DNA of 64,000 bases from Candidatus Roizmanbacteria bacterium (GCA_024654535.1 JANLHL010000016.1:224626-288625); one strand, 5' to 3'. Shown: positions 1 to 9,691, numbered from the stretch's first letter. Notes: generated by a model not told the origin, from the letters alone. Numbers and translations are program-made.

Positions 1-53
1 TGTTAAGGTAGTGCCTCGTTTCGTTACTATAAAAGTGATATAATTTTATTATA

Positions 54-897
54 ATGTGGTCGATATTTGCTATAGTATCAGGATTATTTTACACCCTTCA
101 AGGTCTTATTACTCGACATATACTCAAAGGAAATAAGAAAGATGCATGGGCTTTTTCTTTTTATTTTTCCGCAGTCGGGGTCTTCATTAGCTTGCCTTTC
201 TTTCTTACAAACATCAGAGTCGCTCACACTTGGCCCTATTGGATAATGATGTTAGTTGTTGGATTATTAGTCGTGTTACAAAACTTACTTAATTTTAAAT
301 CGGCAAATCATCTCCCTGCTTCAATCAGTGGAGCAATGACAAAATTCAGATTAGTGTGGGTTTTTATTTTAGGAGTAATTATTTTAAAAGAGGCGTTAAC
401 TTGGCAAAAGACTTTCGGAACAGCGTTAGCCGTATTGGCGGGAATTATCATATTAAATAAAGCTAAAAAAAATCGGATCTATCAAAGGATTACTATTGGT
501 TTTTTCGTCAACGATTTTTTATGCAATAGTTATTATTCTATACAAGTATCTTTTTCAAACCTTTAATTCTCAAAGTCTAACTTTCTTTATTTTTCTTTTT
601 CCAATGTTAATCAATCTTTTAGTCATGCCTAATTCTATTAACAGAATAGTCACTTTAGCGAAAACTGATGGAAAATTTGTTTTTATAGCATGTGCTTTAG
701 GTGGTTTTGCTAATTTAGCGATGAATTATGCTTTATCAATTGGTGAGGTTAGTCGAGTTCTTGTAATTATAGAGTCATTTTTGATAGTTACTTTAGTAGG
801 TGAACATTTGGTACTCAAAGAGAAGAAAAATTTGGCAATAAAATTAGTGGCGGTGATTTTAGCTATAATGGGCGCTGTTTTAATTAGAATAGGGTAG
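54..897 (+). pseudogene. EamA/DMT family transporter split by a frameshift (or sequencing error)
   Basis: Two overlapping hydrophobic ORFs (54-566, 496-897) join into one two-repeat EamA protein if one A is removed from the A8 run at 465-472 (gct aaa aaa atc gga tct...). Confidence 0.7.
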
Positions 898-1078
898 CCG
901 CATAGCTACTAATAGTAGCATCTTGTACACAAGTTACAAACTCAGAGTAATCGTAGACAGGACAAAATAACAATCGAAGTGCTCATTTACTATTAGGCCA
1001 GAAATATTTGTAAAACGTAGCGAAGTACGTATCTCCACAACAGGGGTGAATTATACCGATCAATGTTATACTATCCCC

Positions 1079-2155
1079 ATGAACCTAAAAATCGGCATCG
1101 TGGGGTTGCCAAACGCAGGTAAATCTACCCTGTTTAATGCGCTCCTGAAGAAGAATACGGCTATGGCAGAAAATTACCCTTTCTGCACTATAGAGCCCAA
1201 TACTGGCATAGTAAATGTGCCCGATGCACGGCTCAGCGTGTTGGCAAAGATAGTGAATACTACCCGCATTGTCCCCGCAACAGTAGAATTTGTCGATATA
1301 GCAGGACTTGTAAAAGGCGCTCACAAAGGTGAGGGGCTTGGGAACAAGTTTCTGTCGCACATAAGAGAGGTTAGCGCTATTTGCTATGTACTGCGATTTT
1401 TCGAAGATGATAATGTAGTACACGTGGCCAATCGCATCGATCCCGCAGACGATCTTGCCATCCTCGAAGATGAGCTCATGTTGGCTGACTTAGCAACACT
1501 TGAAAAATACAAGGCACCAAAAGGGAAACCTTCGAAAGAAGATACAATTCGTGCTGAGGCGGTACAGAAGCTCAAAAACGCGCTCAAAAAAGCTATTCCT
1601 GCTCGCCGCGTTACCCTAACGGAGGAAGAAGCCGCTCAAGCCAAGCAGCTTATGCTCCTTACTTTAAAACCTACCCTGTGCGTGGCAAATATGTCTGAAG
1701 CACAGTTTGGCAATAAAGAAACGCTCCTGCGAGAACTTACCACAAAGACAAATGCCCAGCCCATAGCCCTGAACGCACGCTTAGAAGCTGAGCTTATAGA
1801 TGCGAGTACCGAGGAAAGAATAGAACTTTTGGCGTCGGTCGGTATAGAAAGCCCCGCACTGGAAAGCTTAAGCGCACAGGCGTACAAAACCCTCAATCTT
1901 ATGTCATTTCTTACCGCAGGCGAGCTTGAAGCACGCGCATGGACTATACTACAAGGAACGTTTGCCCCTCAGGCAGCGGGTGTCATTCATTCTGATTTTG
2001 AACAGAAATTTATAAAAGCAGATATCGTGCAGTACACAGATTTTGTAAAGGAAAATGGGTGGTTGGGAAGCCGTCAAAAAGGATTAGTACACAGTATGGG
2101 GAAAGACTATATTATGCATGAAGGAGATGTTGTAGAATTCAAGATAGGCGTGTAA
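1079..2155 (+). CDS. ychF: Redox-regulated ATPase YchF
   Basis: GIVGLPNAGKSTLFN, NYPFCTIEPN, DIAGLVKGA..GEGLGNKFL and a C-terminal TGS domain. Start moved to ATG 1079. Confidence 0.97.
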   Translation: MNLKIGIVGLPNAGKSTLFNALLKKNTAMAENYPFCTIEPNTGIVNVPDARLSVLAKIVNTTRIVPATVEFVDIAGLVKGAHKGEGLGNKFLSHIREVSAICYVLRFFEDDNVVHVANRIDPADDLAILEDELMLADLATLEKYKAPKGKPSKEDTIRAEAVQKLKNALKKAIPARRVTLTEEEAAQAKQLMLLTLKPTLCVANMSEAQFGNKETLLRELTTKTNAQPIALNARLEAELIDASTEERIELLASVGIESPALESLSAQAYKTLNLMSFLTAGELEARAWTILQGTFAPQAAGVIHSDFEQKFIKADIVQYTDFVKENGWLGSRQKGLVHSMGKDYIMHEGDVVEFKIGV

Positions 2156-2168
2156 GATTAGATAAGAC

Positions 2169-3194
2169 ATGTCTTTTCATAAAGCCCCATCATCTCTAAA
2201 AAAACAGCACTTTTTGCTCATTGCACTGGTGTTCGTTTTGCTCGGTAGTATTATCATCGGTCTTCTTACCCTTAAGGAACGACTCAATGTTTCTCCGCGC
2301 GCAGAAGCAAACGGCATAGGTATAGCTTTCAACAACACTATCCCTGGTAGTGGTTCCATTTCCGATGGACAAACATGGAAGTGGACAACGGATGTTGCCT
2401 ATAATAATTCGTGTACAAATACTACTCCGATACCAACACAAAATGGGGGAGGAAGTGGTGGAAATAATTCTTGTACCACTGGATCTGTAACGGCCGATTA
2501 CGGCGTTTATTGGTGTTCGGGAAGCTCTGGCACAAAAGGGCAAGGTGTGCACCTTGTAGACAATAAATGGGCTTGTGATGGAAGCTCAAGCGACTTCAAA
2601 CAAAAAATTGTGGAAGAGCAAAAAACCATAAGTACTGTACCGGGTGCAACAATGACACTTGAACATTCTGGCGTTACTTGTGGTCGTGTACAAATAGATC
2701 TTGGTTCAACGCAACAGGGAGCCGGAGTATACGGTGGCGATACGTACGACACAGGCGTCAGCTGTGCAGAAACGCCAACAAATACTCCCGCACCGACAAA
2801 TACACCCGGTCCAGACGCTACCAATACACCAGTTCCCGATGCGACAAACACTCCTGTGCCTGAAGCTACGAACACACCCACGCCAGAAGAACCTACTGAG
2901 ACGCCAGAACCTACCAACACGCCAGTACCTACGGCAACGCCAACACGTATTCCCACCGCAACACCCACGCTCATTCCCACAGCTACTCTTACACCGATAC
3001 CACCAACCGCAACACCCGTACCACCCACACAAGGGCAGGGGAGTGAACCAGCAACACCAACTCAAACAGTTCTTGCGCAAGTAATTGCCACAAATACGCC
3101 AGGGATACCACGAACAGGGAATGTGCAAATAGGGGTAATAACAGGGGGAATAGTACTCTTGATAGCTGGAATTTTAGGAATGCTTATTTTGTAA
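2169..3194 (+). CDS. Secreted/surface protein with Cys-containing domain, Pro/Thr-rich linker and LPXTG-like (IPRTG) C-terminal anchor
   Basis: N-terminal hydrophobic segment, TNTP/PTAT repeats, IPRTG followed by a hydrophobic helix. Confidence 0.8.
   Translation: MSFHKAPSSLKKQHFLLIALVFVLLGSIIIGLLTLKERLNVSPRAEANGIGIAFNNTIPGSGSISDGQTWKWTTDVAYNNSCTNTTPIPTQNGGGSGGNNSCTTGSVTADYGVYWCSGSSGTKGQGVHLVDNKWACDGSSSDFKQKIVEEQKTISTVPGATMTLEHSGVTCGRVQIDLGSTQQGAGVYGGDTYDTGVSCAETPTNTPAPTNTPGPDATNTPVPDATNTPVPEATNTPTPEEPTETPEPTNTPVPTATPTRIPTATPTLIPTATLTPIPPTATPVPPTQGQGSEPATPTQTVLAQVIATNTPGIPRTGNVQIGVITGGIVLLIAGILGMLIL
2770..3030 (+). repeat. Degenerate coding tandem repeats (TNTP/PTATP linker)
   Basis: Repeated PDATNTPV/PEATNTP and PTATP units. 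Confidence 0.8.
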
Positions 3195-3229
3195 CCAATT
3201 CTTAGCCATCTGTTTTAAACGAATAAATA

Positions 3230-5224
3230 TTATCTTTGGACTAGAGGAAGAAAAATAAGATTATCCAAAGCAGAAAAGTTTAACCCGTATTCTGGTTGTA
3301 TATTCCCAAGAAAAGTATGACTCGAAATAACAACATGCGTTGCCCCGTCTGGTATTGCCTTACTTATTGTTTCACCTGGGTGAAGTATAAGACTACCTAT
3401 AGAATAGGTATTAATATTTAAGAAAGATACATTATACGAAACTTCCGTGCTTTGAGATTCTTGCATTGAGAATTTTATTGTATTCGTTCCTTCTGGGATC
3501 GTATAATAGTCCTTATCAGCCGTTTCACTTATTCTTCCACCATACTCTGTACCAGCGTCTAGCGGAGTTGCGTTAGCATCAATTATCGTATCATTGTTGT
3601 CTCCTGATGATATGAATTCATTTCCATACACGACGTTTCCATCGCCATCAACTACTTGGACAAATCCCTCAAAACCAGAATATACTCTGTCTAATTTAGG
3701 TTTAAAAATAAATTCAGATCGAGTAGCATCGTCAGGATTTAATACTTCTCGTGCTTTAACGATAACGTCTTTACCCTGATATAACCAAGCGGTATAGCTT
3801 TTATCACCTTTGTTCGGAAAGACTACTGGAATAACTAATTCATACGGTTTTCCATATAAGTATGTATGATGAATTGGATCTTGAGGATTCATCGTTACTG
3901 CTGGTTCAGATGCATCTATCCACCGCGAATCATAATCAAGTTCAAATTTACCCTCAGAACCTTCAAGCTCCAAAGTTGCTGTATACGTCCCGCTCGTATT
4001 CAGTGTCGGCAATGTCACCGTAACGGTTCCGGCACTCTCTGGTGAGACTATAATATGTTGACTCAGAGCATCCGCAGCGATATTTGGCGATGTATCTGCG
4101 CTAATAGCAACATCAAAACCATCTTGCGCAAAATTTTGTACACGGATAGGTAATTGTGCTAAACCATTTTCTACTAAAATATTGCCAGCTGTTACTATAT
4201 GAGCTGCATCATTGCTAACGGTATGTATTCTTGTGGTAGGAGCTATAGTACCGCCTATATTTATCGGGTGCTGGTCGAGCTGAGCCATGGGTATCTCATC
4301 GGATACACTTATAAAGTGTGGCAAAATATTCTGAAATGTTCCTCCTGTAGCGATAGCATTTGCAACAGATTCATTAAAGGTCAACTGTTCACCTTGTGTA
4401 TTAAACCCTGGAAGTGTTGGAGTGAAAATTTCTAATGTAAAAAGACCTTGTGGATTTGCAACGCCTTTTTCTTCCAATGCTCTAACAATTTCATAATAGA
4501 GTGTCGTTTCACCTTTATCGGTATAGGGTGTTTCTTCTTTTGGTCCGGGAACCATTATAGATCCTGATTGGCACGACTCTATAATCATTGTGATAAGTGG
4601 CTTATCTATTGAGCCGGCGTGTAAATTATGCCACGCTAGTAGACCGTCTGCTATAGCCTTTCCAAAGTCAGCTATTTGCATTTTACTTTCTGATGTCAAT
4701 GAAAATTGCCAATCTCCCGCTCCTTCTCCGTGGCCTATCGGATTTATTATGACATATCCTCCTGACTCTGCTATCAACTGTGTAATAAAGTCAGATGTTT
4801 TCCCAAAAGGGTCATCTCCAAATGGTTCTATACGTATGCCGTCTGTAGGAATTGATCCGACACCAATTTGGGTAACGTTTTGTGGTTGAAGCCCATCAGC
4901 AATAACTGCATCTGCGACCAATGCACCTAAGTGAGTAATCTGATTTTGATCTGGTCGACTACTTTGGCCTGTTGTAATTATAAGTTGAGGACTACCGGAT
5001 AGGGGAGTCTCTGGCCCAATTATCAATGAAGCGGTGCTCAGCGGGTTTGCTGTTTCGGGTGATGATCCGGCTTGTGCGACCACACCACTTCCTGTAACTA
5101 AACTATTTAACAGCAAAGCCTGCACTAGCAGTTTTGATAGTGTTCGTCGTATCTTGCCATCTTTTCTTCTATGCCCAGCATGTGCTGATTCAATAGGTTT
5201 TGAATAGAATTCTGTCGTTGTCAT
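3230..5224 (-). CDS. Large secreted protein with putative clan CD (legumain/caspase-like) peptidase domain, beta-rich domains and IFLPLVQR tail
   Basis: Signal-like N-terminus; PIGHGEG and IIESCQSGS resemble the clan CD His/Cys motifs; PPC-like GRISETADKDYY near the C-terminus. Confidence 0.6.
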   Translation of the reverse strand: MTTTEFYSKPIESAHAGHRRKDGKIRRTLSKLLVQALLLNSLVTGSGVVAQAGSSPETANPLSTASLIIGPETPLSGSPQLIITTGQSSRPDQNQITHLGALVADAVIADGLQPQNVTQIGVGSIPTDGIRIEPFGDDPFGKTSDFITQLIAESGGYVIINPIGHGEGAGDWQFSLTSESKMQIADFGKAIADGLLAWHNLHAGSIDKPLITMIIESCQSGSIMVPGPKEETPYTDKGETTLYYEIVRALEEKGVANPQGLFTLEIFTPTLPGFNTQGEQLTFNESVANAIATGGTFQNILPHFISVSDEIPMAQLDQHPINIGGTIAPTTRIHTVSNDAAHIVTAGNILVENGLAQLPIRVQNFAQDGFDVAISADTSPNIAADALSQHIIVSPESAGTVTVTLPTLNTSGTYTATLELEGSEGKFELDYDSRWIDASEPAVTMNPQDPIHHTYLYGKPYELVIPVVFPNKGDKSYTAWLYQGKDVIVKAREVLNPDDATRSEFIFKPKLDRVYSGFEGFVQVVDGDGNVVYGNEFISSGDNNDTIIDANATPLDAGTEYGGRISETADKDYYTIPEGTNTIKFSMQESQSTEVSYNVSFLNINTYSIGSLILHPGETISKAIPDGATHVVISSHTFLGNIQPEYGLNFSALDNLIFLPLVQR

Positions 5225-5245
5225 TTATTACATTAACTTACAGTA

Positions 5246-5274
5246 ATTATACCGAAATCGTACAGTAAAGTCAA
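5246..5274 (-). promoter_or_regulatory. Sigma70-type promoter of the 664-aa gene
   Basis: TTGACT-17 nt-TATAAT on the minus strand. Confidence 0.8.
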
Positions 5275-5302
5275 TTACTATAGGATATATAGTATCCACT
5301 AT

Positions 5303-5446
5303 ATGCGTATAAAAAAGTTGTTGATTACCACACAAGTAACCGCTACAAACACGCCAGGTATACCACGAACAGGAAATGTACAGACGGGAGTAATAAGAGG
5401 AATAGTACTGGTGATAGCAGGAATTTTGGGACTTTTAATATCATAG
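5303..5446 (+). CDS. 47-aa micro-ORF or remnant: diverged copy of the IPRTG sorting signal of 2169-3194
   Basis: MRIKKLLITTQVTATNTPGIPRTGNVQTGVIRGIVLVIAGILGLLIS*; 5333-5446 aligns to 3078-3194 with one codon deleted. Confidence 0.45.
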   Translation: MRIKKLLITTQVTATNTPGIPRTGNVQTGVIRGIVLVIAGILGLLIS

Positions 5447-5680
5447 TAAACTTCAAAAATAATACGTTTGTTAGCTATAGAATATTGTGTCAGTCTGTTT
5501 AACCCTGGGGGTTGAACAGAAGGTTAGGCTATATTGTAAAATCGAGAAAAAAAGATTGAAAAAGAAGATTTATGAAGCACATAATACAAGAAGGCAACCC
5601 ATAAAAAGAGTTAAGGCCAAGGACAATACCGAGTCTAGGAAATATGTTTCAACCATTGTCCCCAACCTTAACTCTTCTTC

Positions 5681-6433
5681 CTATCGAGCTACGCTCGGGA
5701 GAAAAATCATAAAGTCGCGTTCGACCATCAATCCCTTTGGATAGGCACGTTCGTGCCATCTGTCTGGAATGACAACAATATCATAGCTTTTGGTCTTCGC
5801 ATAGTTAAATTGCAAGGCAGATGCCGTTGTAGACTTCTCTTCAGACAGAATCGCCTGACTGCAGATCCCGACTTTCTCCCAATCTGGGTACCACTGCCAA
5901 GCCATCGTAGCCAGACGAGGTCCAATGACCTCTATTTTCGGATCTTCCACCCAAATGTAACTGGGCGGAGTACCTCCGACGTTCTCTGGGCAAAACAGAA
6001 CGTTAATACCTTGAGGAATCACCTGGACCAGGATGATTCCAGGAACCCATTCTCTCAGTACAAGCTGGTGATAAAAATTCATCCACTGACTAGTAGGCCC
6101 TTCCTCGGGAGAAGGCACGGCATCAATATCAAACTTTACATATTGTGTTAATCCCATAGGTATTCTGGCCGCCCACCCGCACAAAGTGCGGTCCCAGACC
6201 ATCTGGAACGTTGTCGGGCTAAGCCCGTCCATCAGTAATTCCGGTTCATAGGCGACAATTTCTCCTTGAGGTTGCCCATCACCATCATAGCTGAAAACAT
6301 AGTAATATCCACTTATCCTAAATCCATACCCTGCATCGCCGCAAAGCGGCTCCGCATAGGCGTTCTGGCTTGTGAACAGAAACTGACCGAGCATAACCAG
6401 AATGAGCAGAGAAACTGACAACTTCTTGGACAT
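5681..6433 (-). CDS. Secreted hypothetical protein with IFLPSVAR tail
   Basis: Classical signal peptide ending AYA; SD-like AGAAAGGA upstream; visibly higher GC than its neighbours. Confidence 0.75.
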   Translation of the reverse strand: MSKKLSVSLLILVMLGQFLFTSQNAYAEPLCGDAGYGFRISGYYYVFSYDGDGQPQGEIVAYEPELLMDGLSPTTFQMVWDRTLCGWAARIPMGLTQYVKFDIDAVPSPEEGPTSQWMNFYHQLVLREWVPGIILVQVIPQGINVLFCPENVGGTPPSYIWVEDPKIEVIGPRLATMAWQWYPDWEKVGICSQAILSEEKSTTASALQFNYAKTKSYDIVVIPDRWHERAYPKGLMVERDFMIFLPSVAR

Positions 6434-6535
6434 GGTTTTTCCTTTCTGTGATGTATGTCCTTGGCCTTTTAACGAACGATGTGTCTCTTTTCGCCAGCTA
6501 GCAGTTAGCGCTAGCCTTTAAATTGAGACATACTA

Positions 6536-6564
6536 ATTGTACATATTAAATACGTATATGTCAA
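6536..6564 (-). promoter_or_regulatory. Sigma70-type promoter of the 250-aa gene
   Basis: TTGACA-17 nt-TACAAT on the minus strand. Confidence 0.8.
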
Positions 6565-6667
6565 GTACTATAGGATATGAGAGTTCGTGGAAAGTTAAAA
6601 AAGAAAAGTATAAATTACAGATTAAAGCTTTAAATTCTAGTCAAATATAAGCTCTGTTCTATCTTTT

Positions 6668-7600
6668 TTATTTTTGCTCTTTTAATTTTATACTCTCTAT
6701 GAGTTTTCTATTATAGGCTACAAGATCGGCTACAAAACCAAGTACCAGTACATTTAACCCAACACCAATTAAAATAGAGGAGATCACGAGCGATTGTATA
6801 TGACCCTCTGATTTTCCCAGTAAAAGCGCAAAGTACAAATACCTACCCAACAACACAAGACCTATGATCGTTATAAACCCACCGAGTTTCGTAAGAAGCG
6901 CAAATGCACGATACAAGAGTACACTTCGAATTATCGTCGCTGCCGATTTGCCTATATGCGAACCAACACCTTTTATGAGCTTTGAAGTGCCGTGTGGCCG
7001 TTTCTTAAACGTCACCGGTACATTTATTACTGTTAAGCCTTTAAAATGTGCATCTATGAGCGTCTCGTGTGTGTAGGTATGGAGCGAAACAACGTTCAGC
7101 ATGCTCGCACACTCGCGGCTGTGCGCGCGGAAACCCGAAGAGGCATCTTGTACCTTCATGCCGGTAAGCGCGCGTATCACAAAGCTTCCAGCTATATTGC
7201 CATACTTTTTGGCAAATGTCATATGTGCTAATTTCTCAACCTGCCTGTTACCAATAACTAAATCTGCTTTTCTCGCTAGAATAGGGGATATAAGACGCGG
7301 GATTTCTGCTTGGTCATACTGATTATCAGCATCGGTATTTACCAATATGTCTGCACCCAAAGAGAGCGCTTTCTCAAGTGCGTCACGAAACGTTACCGCT
7401 AAGCCTTTATTTACTGTGTGCGAAAATACATACTCTGCCCCAGCCCGTTTGGCCGCATTCGCTGTTCCATCGGTAGAACCGTCATCATAGACGAGTACTT
7501 CAACTTTGGAAATACCCGGTATTTTGCGCGGTATGCTCTTGACTACTTCAACAATAGATTTCTCTTCGTTATACGCAGGTATGGTAACAATAAGTTTCAT
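6668..7600 (-). CDS. GT2 glycosyltransferase (polyprenol-phosphate glycosyltransferase-like)
   Basis: IPAYNEE, DDGSTDGT, DADNQY, DASSGFR and two C-terminal TM helices. Confidence 0.9.
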   Translation of the reverse strand: MKLIVTIPAYNEEKSIVEVVKSIPRKIPGISKVEVLVYDDGSTDGTANAAKRAGAEYVFSHTVNKGLAVTFRDALEKALSLGADILVNTDADNQYDQAEIPRLISPILARKADLVIGNRQVEKLAHMTFAKKYGNIAGSFVIRALTGMKVQDASSGFRAHSRECASMLNVVSLHTYTHETLIDAHFKGLTVINVPVTFKKRPHGTSKLIKGVGSHIGKSAATIIRSVLLYRAFALLTKLGGFITIIGLVLLGRYLYFALLLGKSEGHIQSLVISSILIGVGLNVLVLGFVADLVAYNRKLIESIKLKEQK

Positions 7601-7663
7601 AAGTATAGTGTAATTATAGCACGTAGCTAAATCTCGGTGCTATTTGCCAATGAGGGTATAAGG

Positions 7664-8050
7664 ATGTCCAAGTTCAAATACCCAATATTTAGAAATGTCA
7701 AATGACCAAGTTCAAATGACAAATAAATGTCAAAATCCCAATATCAAAAATAGTCATCATTGCGAAGGAGAAACGACCGAAACAATCCTGTTTGAGAGAT
7801 TGCTTCATACGTTCGTGAGAACTGAACGTATTCGCAATGACAAAATATTAATCTCGAGATGCAACCATTCTCCTATTGGACATTGGGATTTGGAACTTTA
7901 TTTGAACTTTGACATTTGTCATTGGAATTTTATTGGATATTTGTCATTGGAGCTTTGACATTTTTTGGATATTGGCTTTGCCCGTCGTAGCTTTAGCAAA
8001 ACCCGCTTTCTCTCTACGGGATTCAGCGAGGCGAAGGCGGGATATTGGGG
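7664..8050. repeat. Composite palindromic repeat element (heptamer-like inverted arms, central TCATTGCGA..TCGCAATGA core, CCCG..CGGG palindrome in the right arm)
   Basis: Left arm of AAATGTC/AAATGAC/AATCCCA units and complementary right arm; core 7757-7840 is homologous to 51554-51624. Confidence 0.8.
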
Positions 8051-8056
8051 TTTCTA

Positions 8057-9691
8057 TTAGTATCCGTACGGACAATAGTACATTGTATCGCTCTTATCAA
8101 ACGTAAATTCTTCCTCACATTGCCATGAAAGCTTCGGTACGTTTGGCGTACTCATGAGTATATTCTTCGGTTTTTGATTGGACGAAAACGATTGACACGT
8201 ATGTATATATTGGTATGGCTGTAAAAAACTATAGATATAGTACACTTCGGCGCTCGCATTGCTATCATACCGGCACAATGGGGTGTACCGCGAGTTGTTT
8301 TCAAAATAACGTTGCCACTGCGCTATTTGATTTTCATAGCGGGGAATAACATATTTCGGCACTGCAACCGCAGAAGAAACGCTCATGTACCACTGCCATG
8401 AAAAAAACAAAATAAATGCCACAATTATCCATTGGCGCTTTTGCATACGAAAGAATATATATAGTATGCATAGGAAAACAATGAGTGGCACTATGTACCC
8501 AATACCGATTGTGTCTTTCTTGTCAGCTAGAAAGAAAATACCCATGGTATTGCCAAATTTATACGACTCCATATATAAGTATTTCCACACATAGAATACA
8601 AACAAAAAGAGAGGGAGTATCCAAACAAAAAGCGCATGTTTTTTTTCTCGCAAAAATGTAAGACCATCTTTCAATCCGTACACAAACATGAGTACCACTG
8701 CGGGGTCGAGGTATCGGGTGAAGATCCAGTACTGTTTATCATGTTGAGCTGTCTTGAGCATATGAAGCAGCGTTAGTGCAAATGAAGATAAAAATACAAA
8801 CCACACAAATGTGCGAGCTATTATTTCAGACGTATCTTTTTTTTTGTACGCACGGTATGATCCCCATAAAAATACGAGGCCCAATACGCCGTATAGCTCT
8901 ATCATAACTGCAGTGAACTGATTCAAGATTAATTTCAAACTCAATGGAGTAAATACACGCTTCAAGGAGCTTACATAGCCTTCTGTCTCATACAATGTTG
9001 TATGCAAAAACGTTCTCGATAAAAATGAGAAAAGCGCATAGGCAATAACTGCCGCAACCGCAAAATAACCATATTTTTTGATCCACTCACGCGGTTTTTT
9101 ATAGTGAAGCGCGTATATACTTGCCATAGAGAGTACAAACGCAGGAAACAGTGTACGGCCAAAACTACGAATTTCCTGCAAAAAAACTATGAGTGCTGCC
9201 ACAACAACACCAGAAAGAATCGCATTTTTAACTGTTTTTAAATCTTCTTTTATAAAGATTCGCAAACAAAATAATAAAAAAAACAGAAACAGAGTATACA
9301 CCGTTTCAGACATGATGCTTCCCGAGTATAAAAAAAGGGGAGGGAAGAGGGAAGTGAGCACACCTATTGTACTGCTCGCAGTAAAAAGATATGCGAGTAC
9401 TCCAATCAATGAAGACAGCGCCATAACAAGCAACAGAGCAGCACGATACTGTAGAAACGGATCATGAAACATGCCCACAACCGGCGCCAGTACAAACGAC
9501 CATCCAGGTGGATATGCCTGGTCGCGGTACAAATGTGACATAACATCTCCTCGCAGTATTTGACGAGCGCCATCTAAATATATGTATTCGTCGTAAATTA
9601 TCCAGGGGATACGAACAAAATGAAAAACTACCCACCGCGCAAGCATACCAAAGAGAAAAATGCCCAGTGCAATATACACGGTTCGCTTCAT
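8057..9691 (-). CDS. Multi-TM GT-C-like glycosyltransferase
   Basis: DE motif (IYDEYIY) after TM1, YPPG, many TM helices, RY motif; adjacent to the GT2 gene. Confidence 0.65.
   Translation of the reverse strand: MKRTVYIALGIFLFGMLARWVVFHFVRIPWIIYDEYIYLDGARQILRGDVMSHLYRDQAYPPGWSFVLAPVVGMFHDPFLQYRAALLLVMALSSLIGVLAYLFTASSTIGVLTSLFPPLFLYSGSIMSETVYTLFLFFLLFCLRIFIKEDLKTVKNAILSGVVVAALIVFLQEIRSFGRTLFPAFVLSMASIYALHYKKPREWIKKYGYFAVAAVIAYALFSFLSRTFLHTTLYETEGYVSSLKRVFTPLSLKLILNQFTAVMIELYGVLGLVFLWGSYRAYKKKDTSEIIARTFVWFVFLSSFALTLLHMLKTAQHDKQYWIFTRYLDPAVVLMFVYGLKDGLTFLREKKHALFVWILPLFLFVFYVWKYLYMESYKFGNTMGIFFLADKKDTIGIGYIVPLIVFLCILYIFFRMQKRQWIIVAFILFFSWQWYMSVSSAVAVPKYVIPRYENQIAQWQRYFENNSRYTPLCRYDSNASAEVYYIYSFLQPYQYIHTCQSFSSNQKPKNILMSTPNVPKLSWQCEEEFTFDKSDTMYYCPYGY

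Noticed and set aside
2507..3128. Antisense and alternate-frame ORFs over the Pro/Thr repeats
   Set aside because: Shadow ORFs of low-complexity coding sequence; the same applies to the other short ORFs nested in long genes.
3078..5446. Diversity-generating retroelement TR/VR pair
   Set aside because: Mismatches are not adenine-specific (many are synonymous third positions) and there is no reverse transcriptase in the window.
5487..5744. 85-aa + strand ORF
   Set aside because: No recognisable motif, and it overlaps the 3' end of a better-supported minus-strand gene.
7664..8050. CRISPR array
   Set aside because: Units are short, degenerate and inverted, with no repeat-spacer periodicity and no cas genes.
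7695..8106. ORFs 7695-7958 and 7909-8106
   Set aside because: They are translations of the repeat element.
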